A DNA stretch of 52,649 nucleotides from a virus (lineage: Duplodnaviria > Caudoviricetes). The stretch covers positions 1 through 52,649 of IMG/VR virus record IMGVR_UViG_3300025096_000028. One strand, given 5' to 3'. Below are positions 8,928 to 18,690 of the stretch, one piece after another. The translations under genes were made by a program, and so were the position numbers. A model generated the notes under the pieces. The model did no database searches and was not told the origin of the DNA. It worked only from the letters and a program-made list of their open reading frames with translations. Every line of letters starts with the position of its first letter. Position 1 is the first letter of the stretch.

Positions 8928-11900
8928 ATGCCAGATGATAATATATTTGAACAGTCTTTACTTCAAAGGCTTGCAAGAGGAGAAGAGGTAGAAGATAACA
9001 CTTTTGATATAAAAAATCGTGTATCTAATTACGAACAAAATATATCAACTCAAACTCCTAAACCTAATCAAGATTTATCTAAATTACTACAAGAAAGAGC
9101 CGAAAGAGCAGGAAGACCTCCTTCTAAAAAACAATCTGATGTATATAGCTATGAAGATAGAGTAGATTTTTCTGGAAACCCTACTGATAGAGTTCATTTT
9201 TGGGAAAGTGAAAGGTCCTTAATGGAACAACTTGGTAGAGGTTCAGCAATGTTTGGAGAAGGGATTGTTGACCAAGCGCTTTTAGGTGCTCCAAGTACAT
9301 TTACTGATTGGGAAGATATTGCTCCTGACCCAGAAACTGGCTTAGAAAGATTTATGCAAATGAGTGGAGAAACTATTGGTTTTATTCTTCCATTTATGGC
9401 TACTAAAGGAAGGACTAGCGCAGCAGCTCAAAGCAGTAAAGCTGGAGCAAAAACTGGTCTCAAACAACTTGAAACATCTGTTGATGCTGCTATATCTAAA
9501 AAGAATTTAAAATTTGATTCCAAATTATACAAAACTGCAGATGACGCTAAAGATTTTATTGTAAAACAAGCAACTGCACTTACAGTTGGAAATAAACTGT
9601 CAAATTTTGCTAGAATGAGCGCAGTTCAAAAAACTAAATTTTCTCGTGATATGCAACACAATACTGGTAAAATGATTAAAGAATTTGTAGCAAAACAAGG
9701 AATTAGAGGAATTGATGATGAGGCGGTAAAACTTATTAGTAAAGATATGGGAACATGGTGGACATCTATTGATGGTAGAGTAGTATCAAGTCTAGAAGAT
9801 TTAATGACTAACAATCTTATGAAACGTAATTTATTTGCAAATTGGGATACAACTGGAAAATATGCAGCTTATATGGGCGGAATGATGGAAGAAGCAGCTT
9901 TATTTGCTATGGTTGAAGGTATGGCTTTAGGAGTGCAAGATTTATCTTCAGCTGATTGGTGGGGATATAAGCCTAAAGCGTTAGATGGAGAGAATAAAGT
10001 TCCTATAGGAATTATGGATTATTTAAAAACTGGAATACATGCATCTGTATTTGGTGCAGCTTTAGGATGGACACGTGCTGCGATTCCAGGTGGGGTTAGA
10101 GGTGGAGTATTTAAACAAATGAAAGGTTCTAACTTAGATAATATAAATTCAATGTTAAATGGTCCAGGTACTAATTTTGCAAAAGGTATTAAAACAACTA
10201 CTAAAGAAGGTAGACAATCTTTAAATCATATGCATAGAGCTTATGGACAAATAGATGACCTTATTTTAAAAGATAAAGAGTTGGGAACAGTAGGTATTCC
10301 TACGGTACTAGGAAAAAAAGCACGAAATCATCCATCGTTTAAAAAATTACCAGAGAAGTTTAGAAATAAAGAACTTTTCCTACCAGAAGATTTAGCTAAA
10401 CTAGCATCTGATGAAACTCTTACAAGAGCTCAAAAAATTGCTATTGCTGAAATTCAACAAGATGGCTTACAACATTTAGCTAAAAGAGTTAGAACTGATA
10501 TGAGAGTCGCATTTGCAAAAACAATGAAAGCTGATTGGTTTGGAGGAACTGTAAATGGAGAAAGAATAATGGGAAGTTTTCCTAGAGTATTAGCTGGTGG
10601 TACATTATTTGGCGTTCAGGGTTGGATAGACCCGAATGTCCCTATGGATGATAAAATATTTCATACTATGTTAGGTATGGCATTCTTAAAGGGTGGTAGA
10701 GACTTGCAATTTAAAGGAAGAGATGTTTCTTTAGATAGAATGACAAATAGATGGAATTCTAAATCTTCAGGATTATTTGGTAGAACTAGTGCTGATTTTC
10801 CTAAAAATTTAGAAATATTAAGCGAAATAAACTCAACAACTGGAGTAGATGTAGGTAATAGAGGTGTTTGGGGACCTATTTTCAATAGAATAGAACAAGA
10901 TAGGATTGATTTTTGGGACCAAGTACAACCAGTTGGAGGTGTCAATGAAAAAACAAGCACTTTTCATAAAAAGGTTTTAGAGAAAGATAAAAAGGGTAAC
11001 TATAAATATTTAGTAAAAGAAAAATTTGATACAGATGGAAATGATATAACTTTTAAAGGTGATACAGATTTAAAGCTAAAAGGACCTAGAGACCAATTTA
11101 TTCCTAATTATATATATTGGTCAAGAAATGTACAAAGTGCTTTCAATAAAGAAGGAAATAAAATTATACCAGAAGGCTATAGAGTAAAAGATATTACTAT
11201 GCAAGAATTAAAATCTTCAGAAGCTCGTGGTATGGAGAAGATGTTCAAAGAACTAGATGTATTTAATTCATTTGATATGTGGAGATATTTGACTAAATCA
11301 GGAGGTTTGCATATTAAAAAGGGTGTTGATATGATGGTAAGTGACATGATAAAGACAGACTTTCTTATTAGACCAGATGGAAAAAAATATAGTCTTGTAG
11401 GACAAACAAACGATGGATTTACAAAATTATCCCCTATTGACTCTAGTCGTTTAGATTTATCAAAAATGAGTGATGCACACAAAGAAAATCAATTACATAT
11501 TGAACAAGCTCTTGATACTTGGAATAGAGTTGTTGACTTAAATCATAGAAATAGTGATATGCCTTTTTCCCAAATAGGACAACCTATAAAAATTGATAAT
11601 AGAACAAGCGGCTTGATAGAATGGGCTAATCATATACAATCATCTCAAGAAAGATTTAGTGATAGATTAAAACCGATGGGATTTAAAAAAATAATTAAAA
11701 TTGATAATTTTCTTGAAGCTCAATATGACATATTTAATGATTTCAATAGTGTAGATAAAAGCATTAGCGTATTAAAAAAATTGTATGAAACAAAACAAGA
11801 CAAATTAGAACCTTCTGAAAAAAGAATATTAGATAAAATTAATGATGCAATAAAAACAGAAAAAGATGGAAAGATTACAGATTTAGTTTTAGTGTCTGAT

Positions 11901-14900
11901 AGTCCAACCTCAAATATAAATAAAAAACAAAGTCTTTTTATTAACTCTATAAGAGATGCAGCTAGAAATATTCCAGGACAAAAATCAGTAAGACCTAATG
12001 TTACTGAAAGACCGACTCTGGAACAAATGAAAAGACTTGAAGAAGGTAAAGATATTAAAAAAATATCTAATAAAGATATTAATGAAATAATGGAATTTTT
12101 TCATAGAGAAGGAGTAACTATTTGGTCTAATGGATACAAAAAAATGAAACAACTTGAAGATTTCACAGAAACTGTTGTAAAATTTCAAGCTCATGAATCT
12201 CTAAAAAAATCAGAATTTCCAGTACTTGACGCTGAAGGAAAAGTTATAGGAAAAACACCGTTTAGTTTGAAACATTTTAATGTAATTCAAATCTTAAAAG
12301 AACAGGGTATTGTTGATAGTTTTCTAGGAGTCACTAAAGATGTTCAATTATTTGGAGAAAGTTTGACCTCTTTTAACAAAAGACAAAAAAATCTTAATTT
12401 TGATAAAATGTTTGAAGAAATAGATAAAAAAGGTCTAGCAGACTACAAAAAATCTTTAGAAGATGCTAATCTTTCTCAAGTAGAAATAAATAATAGATTA
12501 AAAATCTATGAATCATTTAAAGATATGGCTGAAAATCCAAAAACAATAGATATGAAAATGCAAGAAATTAATGCTCTTATAGATAATCTTACTAATAAAT
12601 ATAGACCAGAATTAGGTTCTTATACTGGTGTATTAAGTCCCCATACAAGACAAACTCAAATTTTAATTCCTAGCAATCAAGCTCAACTTTTATACATTAA
12701 ATTAAGCGAAGTTTTAACTCAAGAAAAATATGGAAAAGAACAAATTTTTCATAAAAAATTATTTGATATGGATTCAAACCGACCAAATGACCAAAGACAT
12801 AGTGCTATAATGAAAATGATTACCGCTGACTTAATGACTAGCAGAGAATCAAGTGTAAAACAATTTGATGCCGCTGTTTTAAGTAAATTGTACGATGTAA
12901 CAAAAAATGAATTTGCATGGAATAAAGATAGATATGTGGACAAACTTGAGCCAGGAGACCTTATGATGGCTCTTAAATCTGAATTAAAAAAATTTAATTC
13001 TATTATGGAGAATGGTTGGGATTACTCTAAAAGACAAATTAAAGAACGATACGAAAATTTTGAACAATTAGATATGACTAAAGATTCAGAATTAATGTCA
13101 CAATCTTGGACAGTAGACCATTTATTAGAATACAATCTTGGAGAATGGACCTCATTAGAAGAGGGTGTAAGTAAAAGAAAATACTTACATAATAATATTT
13201 TTATAAAAGAATTTTATGGAGACGTTGCTAAGTTTAATCTAAAATTCAAAGAACAATTAGAATTACATAATAGCGAATTTAGAGATAATCCAAATCTTAC
13301 ACAATCTGTGCTAATGAAAGTTTCAACAGATTTAGTAAACTCAAAAGATAGACCAATCATTGAAATAGACTTAAAAGATAAAGCCAGAACAACAAGAGAA
13401 GATATTTCAGTTACTCAAAGTATTAGAGATGGAATAATTGAAAAACTAATTAGCGACCCAGCTCAACAAGCATTTGGTATAAAAAATAAAATTATTTATG
13501 TTAAAAGTACATTAAAAAATAGAGAAGGAAAAGAAGCAAGTTTATTTGATAAAGATATGTATATAGATGCAGCTGATGCAGCATATAACGGAGAATTACC
13601 TTATATGCCTAAAAATCCTAAAGATATGGTATCAGAATATCAGGGTAGGGATGTAGAAAGACCATCTGATTTAAAAATTGAGACAACAGGACAAGGGGAA
13701 GTTTTACCTAGATTAATGTTTTATCTTCGTCATCCTAATAGTATGAAAGGAAAAATTGACTCATTTAAATTAAATGATAGTTTAGTTGATACTGTTTTGA
13801 ATACTTATCTTAAGACTTTATATAAAGATGGTCAAAAAGAAATGGCAGATAAATTTATTGCTGATAATAACGTAAAAAATGAACAACGTATAGACCCAGT
13901 AACAGAAGAAATTGTTACTATTAAAGATTCTTGGACTTTTGGAGGTAAAAATCAATCTCCATTATTTTCTGATTTTAATGTTTTCCCTATAGAACCAACA
14001 TTAGGTAGACAATTATTTAGAGACATGCTTTATACTTTAGAGTTAAGAGAAATAAAAAAAGAAAAAGGATTAGATAATTTTTATAAAGAACTATCGCAAG
14101 ACCCAGAGCTTCATGCTCTAGAACAGACAAGAATCAAGATAGTTGATAATTCTAATTCTGTTCGCCTTGATAAACCTTTATTAAAGAAACATTATGAATT
14201 TATGTCAGAATCTAAAGTAGAGTTTGAAGGCAAAAAAGATATTCTTGAAATGAATCAAAGAGCTACAAATAGTCATCCAGAAGGTAGGACAATTAAAAAA
14301 GTTGTAATTAGAGATGAAAATTTAAATGGTAAAGTTGCCGAAATTGTGAGTGTACAAAATAGGCTTATAAAGGGACTAGAAAAGTTAATAAACAATCCTG
14401 AAACAAACATTTATTCTAAAAAAATCTATGAAAGAGAACTTGAAAATATAAAAGATTTATATAAAAATCAAGGCTATGGTGAGGTGTCTGCTGGAGATTC
14501 TTATATGATGGTTACTAAAAAGTTTCATGATTTTATGGATTACACTAGATTCGGAAGAGAGCCAGGCACTTCTAAATCTGGTGGTATTAAAGCGCATTAT
14601 GCAGATATAAAAAATCCTAAACTATTTGGTTTATACAAAACATTTCTTCAGAAACACAAAATGATGGAAAAAATAGTAGAAGGAACAGATGTAGAAGTAG
14701 TTGTTTTTAACACTGCATCTAAAAAAATGGGTCAAAATTATCACAAAGAAATGGCAGAGAAGTTTATTTCTTTAGATAACTTTACTTCAGAAAATTTTAA
14801 TTTAAATAGTTTAAAAGAGAAAATAAAAGATAAAAATACTCATATACCTGTAGATATAGAAGGATTTAGTATTATGTACAGAAAAGGCAATAAAACTGAT

Positions 14901-17900
14901 GTTCCAGCTCCAGCTAATCAATCTTTACATTTTGACATGTTAACTTCTTCAAAAGAATTAGGAGATTCCAATGTAATGAATCAATTCATTAGAGATATTT
15001 ATGGAAAAAAATTGGAGACAGCAAATGAAAATGCTAGAAGAATTGGTAAAACTCAATACATGAATGAACAAATAGCAAAATTAAAACAATTAGTAAATCG
15101 TAAAAGTATTCATAATGCTGAAAGTATGGAAGGGTTTGTTTTAGGAGAAGGTGATATGAAAGTCGCCAAATTACTTACTATGTTTGATGCTCCTCCTCAA
15201 TTAGGTGGAGTTACTATGACTGAGTTGTTATTAAAAGATATATTTAGTGAATCTTTAAATCCTAAAGTTTCAGGTTCACATGCTGTATTTGCTCCAGATA
15301 TAAGATTTAAAAAAGATGGAACTTTGGAAAATCCTTTAAAAATTCCTATTGTTGATAAAGATACAGGAGAACATTTTCAATTAGGAGAAATTATAGTTCC
15401 TCATGATTTCAGAACTAGACAAACTAATATAGATAAAATTACAATAGAAATTCCTAAAAAAGGAGAAAATAATATAATTGTAAATGGTTCTGAAGCATCA
15501 AAACATGGTATAACATTAAGAGAAAATGGTACTATGTATGATTACGCAAAAAACGGACAACAAACTCCATTATATCAAGTTAAAGTAGATATGTATGAAC
15601 ATCAAGGAAGAAGAAGTAAAGATGGAGACCCAGCTGATATATGGGTTGTTAAAGATTTAAAAGAAGCAAATGAACAATTACAAGCAATGAAAGAAGGTCC
15701 AGGAGGAGCTGTAAACTTTGCTAATAAGATTGTAAAAAATAAGAATATAGAAAGTGGAGAATATATATTAAGGGACAACAAAGCTGATAGAGGTGACCAT
15801 AAATATATTTATATTAAAGGTAGTAAAGCTCATAAAGAACTATTAAAAGAAGAAATTATCGTTCCTGACACAAATGGAAATTTAACAGTTAGACAACAAG
15901 CTCTTCAAAAAGACCCTAAAAAAGTAAAAGGAAAACAATATATTAAAGGAGCTGAAATACCATATAATGTGGTTTTATTCGCAAGAAGAGACCCTTACTA
16001 CAAAGAAGGTAGTGTAGTTCCTGTTGCTTTAAAAGATTTTAATGAAAGAGATAATGGAAATCAATTTATATTAAATGATAAAGATGCTTTCCATCACGTT
16101 GAAACAGATATGGATGGAGATACTGCATCTATTTCTCACAGCTATTCTAAAGAAGTTTCTAAAGAATTTATGAAGATTGCTTCTCAAGCGATGGCTACAC
16201 AAGTTAGACCAACAAATGGAAATGCTGCTTACGAAACTCTTACAAGTGGTCCTTACAATCCAATGAAAGAAATAAGTCAATTAGAATATTCTGAAGTACA
16301 AGCAAGAGCAGCTAGATTGAGAGGAAGTGTTATGCAAGTTTCTCATATTGCTCATTGGTTTTTAAATAACAATAGTCGTAATGACCTTAGGATATTGAAT
16401 GAAAAGGGAGATGCAGTTTTTTATGAAGGACCTATGTTCCCTATATCTGGTACTGATAAAGGAATTCAATTATTTTTAGGAATAAGACAAGAAGTTAGAG
16501 ATAAACAGGGAGCAAGTAGGTTTAGACAAGAATTAGCTAAAGATATTCAAACTTTAGTAGATACAGCTAAAGGTGAATGGGATACAGAATATTTTAGTAG
16601 TGCTAGAGATATAACTAACAGATTATTATTTCATAAAGACTATGGATTATTTGTTCCTATGAAAAGGCAGAAGAGAAAAGATGGAAAATATAAAGACGAA
16701 CTTGTATGGATTGAACAGCCTAATATTGATTTCAGAAGAGACCATGTTACCGCATTTCAAGCAATAGAAAAATTATGGATGATTAAAAAAGATTCTTTAA
16801 AATTTAGAAACAATGAATTGAATGCAGATGGTAGTATGAGAAAGCCTAAATTTAAAGATAGAAAAGCAACAATGGATAGATATGGTGAAGAATTGTCTTC
16901 TTTTGAATGGAGTGAAGAAGCTAATGCCCTAAGAAATGAAATGGGATGGAGTCAAAGTCAGCAAATACTTCGTGGATTTGGTGATAATGCTAATTTTATG
17001 AGAAATAAAAATGGAACAAGCAATATGGGAATGATTGATAGAATTGACTATTCTATGCATAGCGGGATTAACCATGGATGGAAATGGAAAAATACTGATA
17101 CAGATATTACAAGTCTTGTAGAAAGTACAATAGATAAATTTACAGCTACTAGAGAAAGAGGCGAAAATAATAAGTATTTAAGTGATGCCGAGCATTATAA
17201 TAAAATAATAGAGGCATTCAACAAAGAAACTAAAGAAGTTGGTGCAAAATTTTATATGCTAGAAACTCTTCAAAATCAAGTAGCTGAATTAAGAAATGAA
17301 AGAAAAGGTCTTACAGGCAATGACGCTTCTAGTGCTGCTAAACTTACAGCTCAGATAGAGGCTAAAAAAGTTCTTATAGAGAATATGAAGAAAATTGAAC
17401 TAAAAGAATATTTAGATGTAGATTCATATTTTACAGACAAAGCAAAATTAAAACCTAAAGTTAAACAATTTCTAGATTCTGTTTTTAATGATTATAAAAT
17501 AAGAGAAGAAAGAATATTAAAAGAAGAAAAAGGAGATAATTTCTCTGTTTTAGATGCAGATGCTAAGAGCAAAATAGAAGCAAGAGCTAAAGCAAGTATG
17601 GAAAAAAATGGTATTAATATTGAACAAGTATCTAGGGGAGATGTATTAGAAGCTATGGCTGCTGAAAGAGCATTTGGTAATTTAGCTGAATCTACTCCTG
17701 GACTTTTGAAAGTGAATGCAGAAACTCATAAAGAATTAATTAATATCATAGATAATCTTAAAAAAGATTATAGTGAAGCTATGTTAAAAGAATATAAGCC
17801 AAAAGAATCATCAGGATTTATAAATGATAATTATATTGTAGATATTTATAGAGAACAATTATTAGGTATATTACGTGCTGATAAATATCAAAATCCAGCT

Positions 17901-18689
17901 TTACAAGAATTGGTTTTTAGAAGATTAATGTCTCCAGAAATTCAAGCAAATAAAATTGGAAGTTATAGAGGTAATTTGTACTTTATGCCTAAATATACAA
18001 ACTTTCACAAATTTGTAAAATTGGGAATGCAAACATCTATGGAATTTCATCAGGGAATACCTTCAAGATTAGAGCCTCTTTGGAAACCATTTTTTAACAA
18101 TTATAAAAGACAAGTTTTAGCAATGCAAAATGGAATTGCTGGAGAAGGAACTTTAAAAGATGGTAAAATGACTCCTGAAAATTGGAGAGTAGAACATTTA
18201 ACTATGGGTACTAGATATAATAAATTAAGATTATTAGAAGAATTAATTCCAGAAGCTGATAATATTTTTGGTAAAAGAATTACAGAACTGGATAACTATA
18301 CAATAGATAGTATAATATTTAATGGAGGATTTATTCCAGAAATTATTAACAATAATAGAATTACTAACTTACCATGGAAAGCTGTTACAGACATCAGCGC
18401 AGAATATGGAAGAGATTCAGCAATATATGGTAAAAAAGAATCAGATATAGCTATAGACCAAAATAATGCTAGAGCATTTTATATAGATAAAGATAGAAAT
18501 TCTTTTATTAGAGATTTGCAAACTAATAATACATTAAAATCAAATGAGACATCTCAAAATCTAACACAAGAACGTTCTGTGGATGTAGAACGAAGTTTAG
18601 AAGAATATGAAAGAAAAAGTCAAGAAGAAACAGAACAACCAAAAGAAGGTATATTATGTTCTGTAACAGAAGTAATAAAGGGAGATTAA
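8928..18689 (+). CDS. Giant virion protein containing a single-chain two-barrel (DPBB) DNA-dependent RNA polymerase
   Basis: Beta-like motifs GDSYMMV (D1857), K1888, K1904, DVEVVVFNTASK; beta-prime-like VSGSHAVFAP, GEIIVP, R2354-D-P, catalytic DMDGD (aa 2394-2398, nt 16107-16121), bridge-helix-like LVDTAK; hydrophobic N-terminal helices; one Cys. Confidence 0.8.
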   Translation: MPDDNIFEQSLLQRLARGEEVEDNTFDIKNRVSNYEQNISTQTPKPNQDLSKLLQERAERAGRPPSKKQSDVYSYEDRVDFSGNPTDRVHFWESERSLMEQLGRGSAMFGEGIVDQALLGAPSTFTDWEDIAPDPETGLERFMQMSGETIGFILPFMATKGRTSAAAQSSKAGAKTGLKQLETSVDAAISKKNLKFDSKLYKTADDAKDFIVKQATALTVGNKLSNFARMSAVQKTKFSRDMQHNTGKMIKEFVAKQGIRGIDDEAVKLISKDMGTWWTSIDGRVVSSLEDLMTNNLMKRNLFANWDTTGKYAAYMGGMMEEAALFAMVEGMALGVQDLSSADWWGYKPKALDGENKVPIGIMDYLKTGIHASVFGAALGWTRAAIPGGVRGGVFKQMKGSNLDNINSMLNGPGTNFAKGIKTTTKEGRQSLNHMHRAYGQIDDLILKDKELGTVGIPTVLGKKARNHPSFKKLPEKFRNKELFLPEDLAKLASDETLTRAQKIAIAEIQQDGLQHLAKRVRTDMRVAFAKTMKADWFGGTVNGERIMGSFPRVLAGGTLFGVQGWIDPNVPMDDKIFHTMLGMAFLKGGRDLQFKGRDVSLDRMTNRWNSKSSGLFGRTSADFPKNLEILSEINSTTGVDVGNRGVWGPIFNRIEQDRIDFWDQVQPVGGVNEKTSTFHKKVLEKDKKGNYKYLVKEKFDTDGNDITFKGDTDLKLKGPRDQFIPNYIYWSRNVQSAFNKEGNKIIPEGYRVKDITMQELKSSEARGMEKMFKELDVFNSFDMWRYLTKSGGLHIKKGVDMMVSDMIKTDFLIRPDGKKYSLVGQTNDGFTKLSPIDSSRLDLSKMSDAHKENQLHIEQALDTWNRVVDLNHRNSDMPFSQIGQPIKIDNRTSGLIEWANHIQSSQERFSDRLKPMGFKKIIKIDNFLEAQYDIFNDFNSVDKSISVLKKLYETKQDKLEPSEKRILDKINDAIKTEKDGKITDLVLVSDSPTSNINKKQSLFINSIRDAARNIPGQKSVRPNVTERPTLEQMKRLEEGKDIKKISNKDINEIMEFFHREGVTIWSNGYKKMKQLEDFTETVVKFQAHESLKKSEFPVLDAEGKVIGKTPFSLKHFNVIQILKEQGIVDSFLGVTKDVQLFGESLTSFNKRQKNLNFDKMFEEIDKKGLADYKKSLEDANLSQVEINNRLKIYESFKDMAENPKTIDMKMQEINALIDNLTNKYRPELGSYTGVLSPHTRQTQILIPSNQAQLLYIKLSEVLTQEKYGKEQIFHKKLFDMDSNRPNDQRHSAIMKMITADLMTSRESSVKQFDAAVLSKLYDVTKNEFAWNKDRYVDKLEPGDLMMALKSELKKFNSIMENGWDYSKRQIKERYENFEQLDMTKDSELMSQSWTVDHLLEYNLGEWTSLEEGVSKRKYLHNNIFIKEFYGDVAKFNLKFKEQLELHNSEFRDNPNLTQSVLMKVSTDLVNSKDRPIIEIDLKDKARTTREDISVTQSIRDGIIEKLISDPAQQAFGIKNKIIYVKSTLKNREGKEASLFDKDMYIDAADAAYNGELPYMPKNPKDMVSEYQGRDVERPSDLKIETTGQGEVLPRLMFYLRHPNSMKGKIDSFKLNDSLVDTVLNTYLKTLYKDGQKEMADKFIADNNVKNEQRIDPVTEEIVTIKDSWTFGGKNQSPLFSDFNVFPIEPTLGRQLFRDMLYTLELREIKKEKGLDNFYKELSQDPELHALEQTRIKIVDNSNSVRLDKPLLKKHYEFMSESKVEFEGKKDILEMNQRATNSHPEGRTIKKVVIRDENLNGKVAEIVSVQNRLIKGLEKLINNPETNIYSKKIYERELENIKDLYKNQGYGEVSAGDSYMMVTKKFHDFMDYTRFGREPGTSKSGGIKAHYADIKNPKLFGLYKTFLQKHKMMEKIVEGTDVEVVVFNTASKKMGQNYHKEMAEKFISLDNFTSENFNLNSLKEKIKDKNTHIPVDIEGFSIMYRKGNKTDVPAPANQSLHFDMLTSSKELGDSNVMNQFIRDIYGKKLETANENARRIGKTQYMNEQIAKLKQLVNRKSIHNAESMEGFVLGEGDMKVAKLLTMFDAPPQLGGVTMTELLLKDIFSESLNPKVSGSHAVFAPDIRFKKDGTLENPLKIPIVDKDTGEHFQLGEIIVPHDFRTRQTNIDKITIEIPKKGENNIIVNGSEASKHGITLRENGTMYDYAKNGQQTPLYQVKVDMYEHQGRRSKDGDPADIWVVKDLKEANEQLQAMKEGPGGAVNFANKIVKNKNIESGEYILRDNKADRGDHKYIYIKGSKAHKELLKEEIIVPDTNGNLTVRQQALQKDPKKVKGKQYIKGAEIPYNVVLFARRDPYYKEGSVVPVALKDFNERDNGNQFILNDKDAFHHVETDMDGDTASISHSYSKEVSKEFMKIASQAMATQVRPTNGNAAYETLTSGPYNPMKEISQLEYSEVQARAARLRGSVMQVSHIAHWFLNNNSRNDLRILNEKGDAVFYEGPMFPISGTDKGIQLFLGIRQEVRDKQGASRFRQELAKDIQTLVDTAKGEWDTEYFSSARDITNRLLFHKDYGLFVPMKRQKRKDGKYKDELVWIEQPNIDFRRDHVTAFQAIEKLWMIKKDSLKFRNNELNADGSMRKPKFKDRKATMDRYGEELSSFEWSEEANALRNEMGWSQSQQILRGFGDNANFMRNKNGTSNMGMIDRIDYSMHSGINHGWKWKNTDTDITSLVESTIDKFTATRERGENNKYLSDAEHYNKIIEAFNKETKEVGAKFYMLETLQNQVAELRNERKGLTGNDASSAAKLTAQIEAKKVLIENMKKIELKEYLDVDSYFTDKAKLKPKVKQFLDSVFNDYKIREERILKEEKGDNFSVLDADAKSKIEARAKASMEKNGINIEQVSRGDVLEAMAAERAFGNLAESTPGLLKVNAETHKELINIIDNLKKDYSEAMLKEYKPKESSGFINDNYIVDIYREQLLGILRADKYQNPALQELVFRRLMSPEIQANKIGSYRGNLYFMPKYTNFHKFVKLGMQTSMEFHQGIPSRLEPLWKPFFNNYKRQVLAMQNGIAGEGTLKDGKMTPENWRVEHLTMGTRYNKLRLLEELIPEADNIFGKRITELDNYTIDSIIFNGGFIPEIINNNRITNLPWKAVTDISAEYGRDSAIYGKKESDIAIDQNNARAFYIDKDRNSFIRDLQTNNTLKSNETSQNLTQERSVDVERSLEEYERKSQEETEQPKEGILCSVTEVIKGD

Positions 18690-18690
18690 T

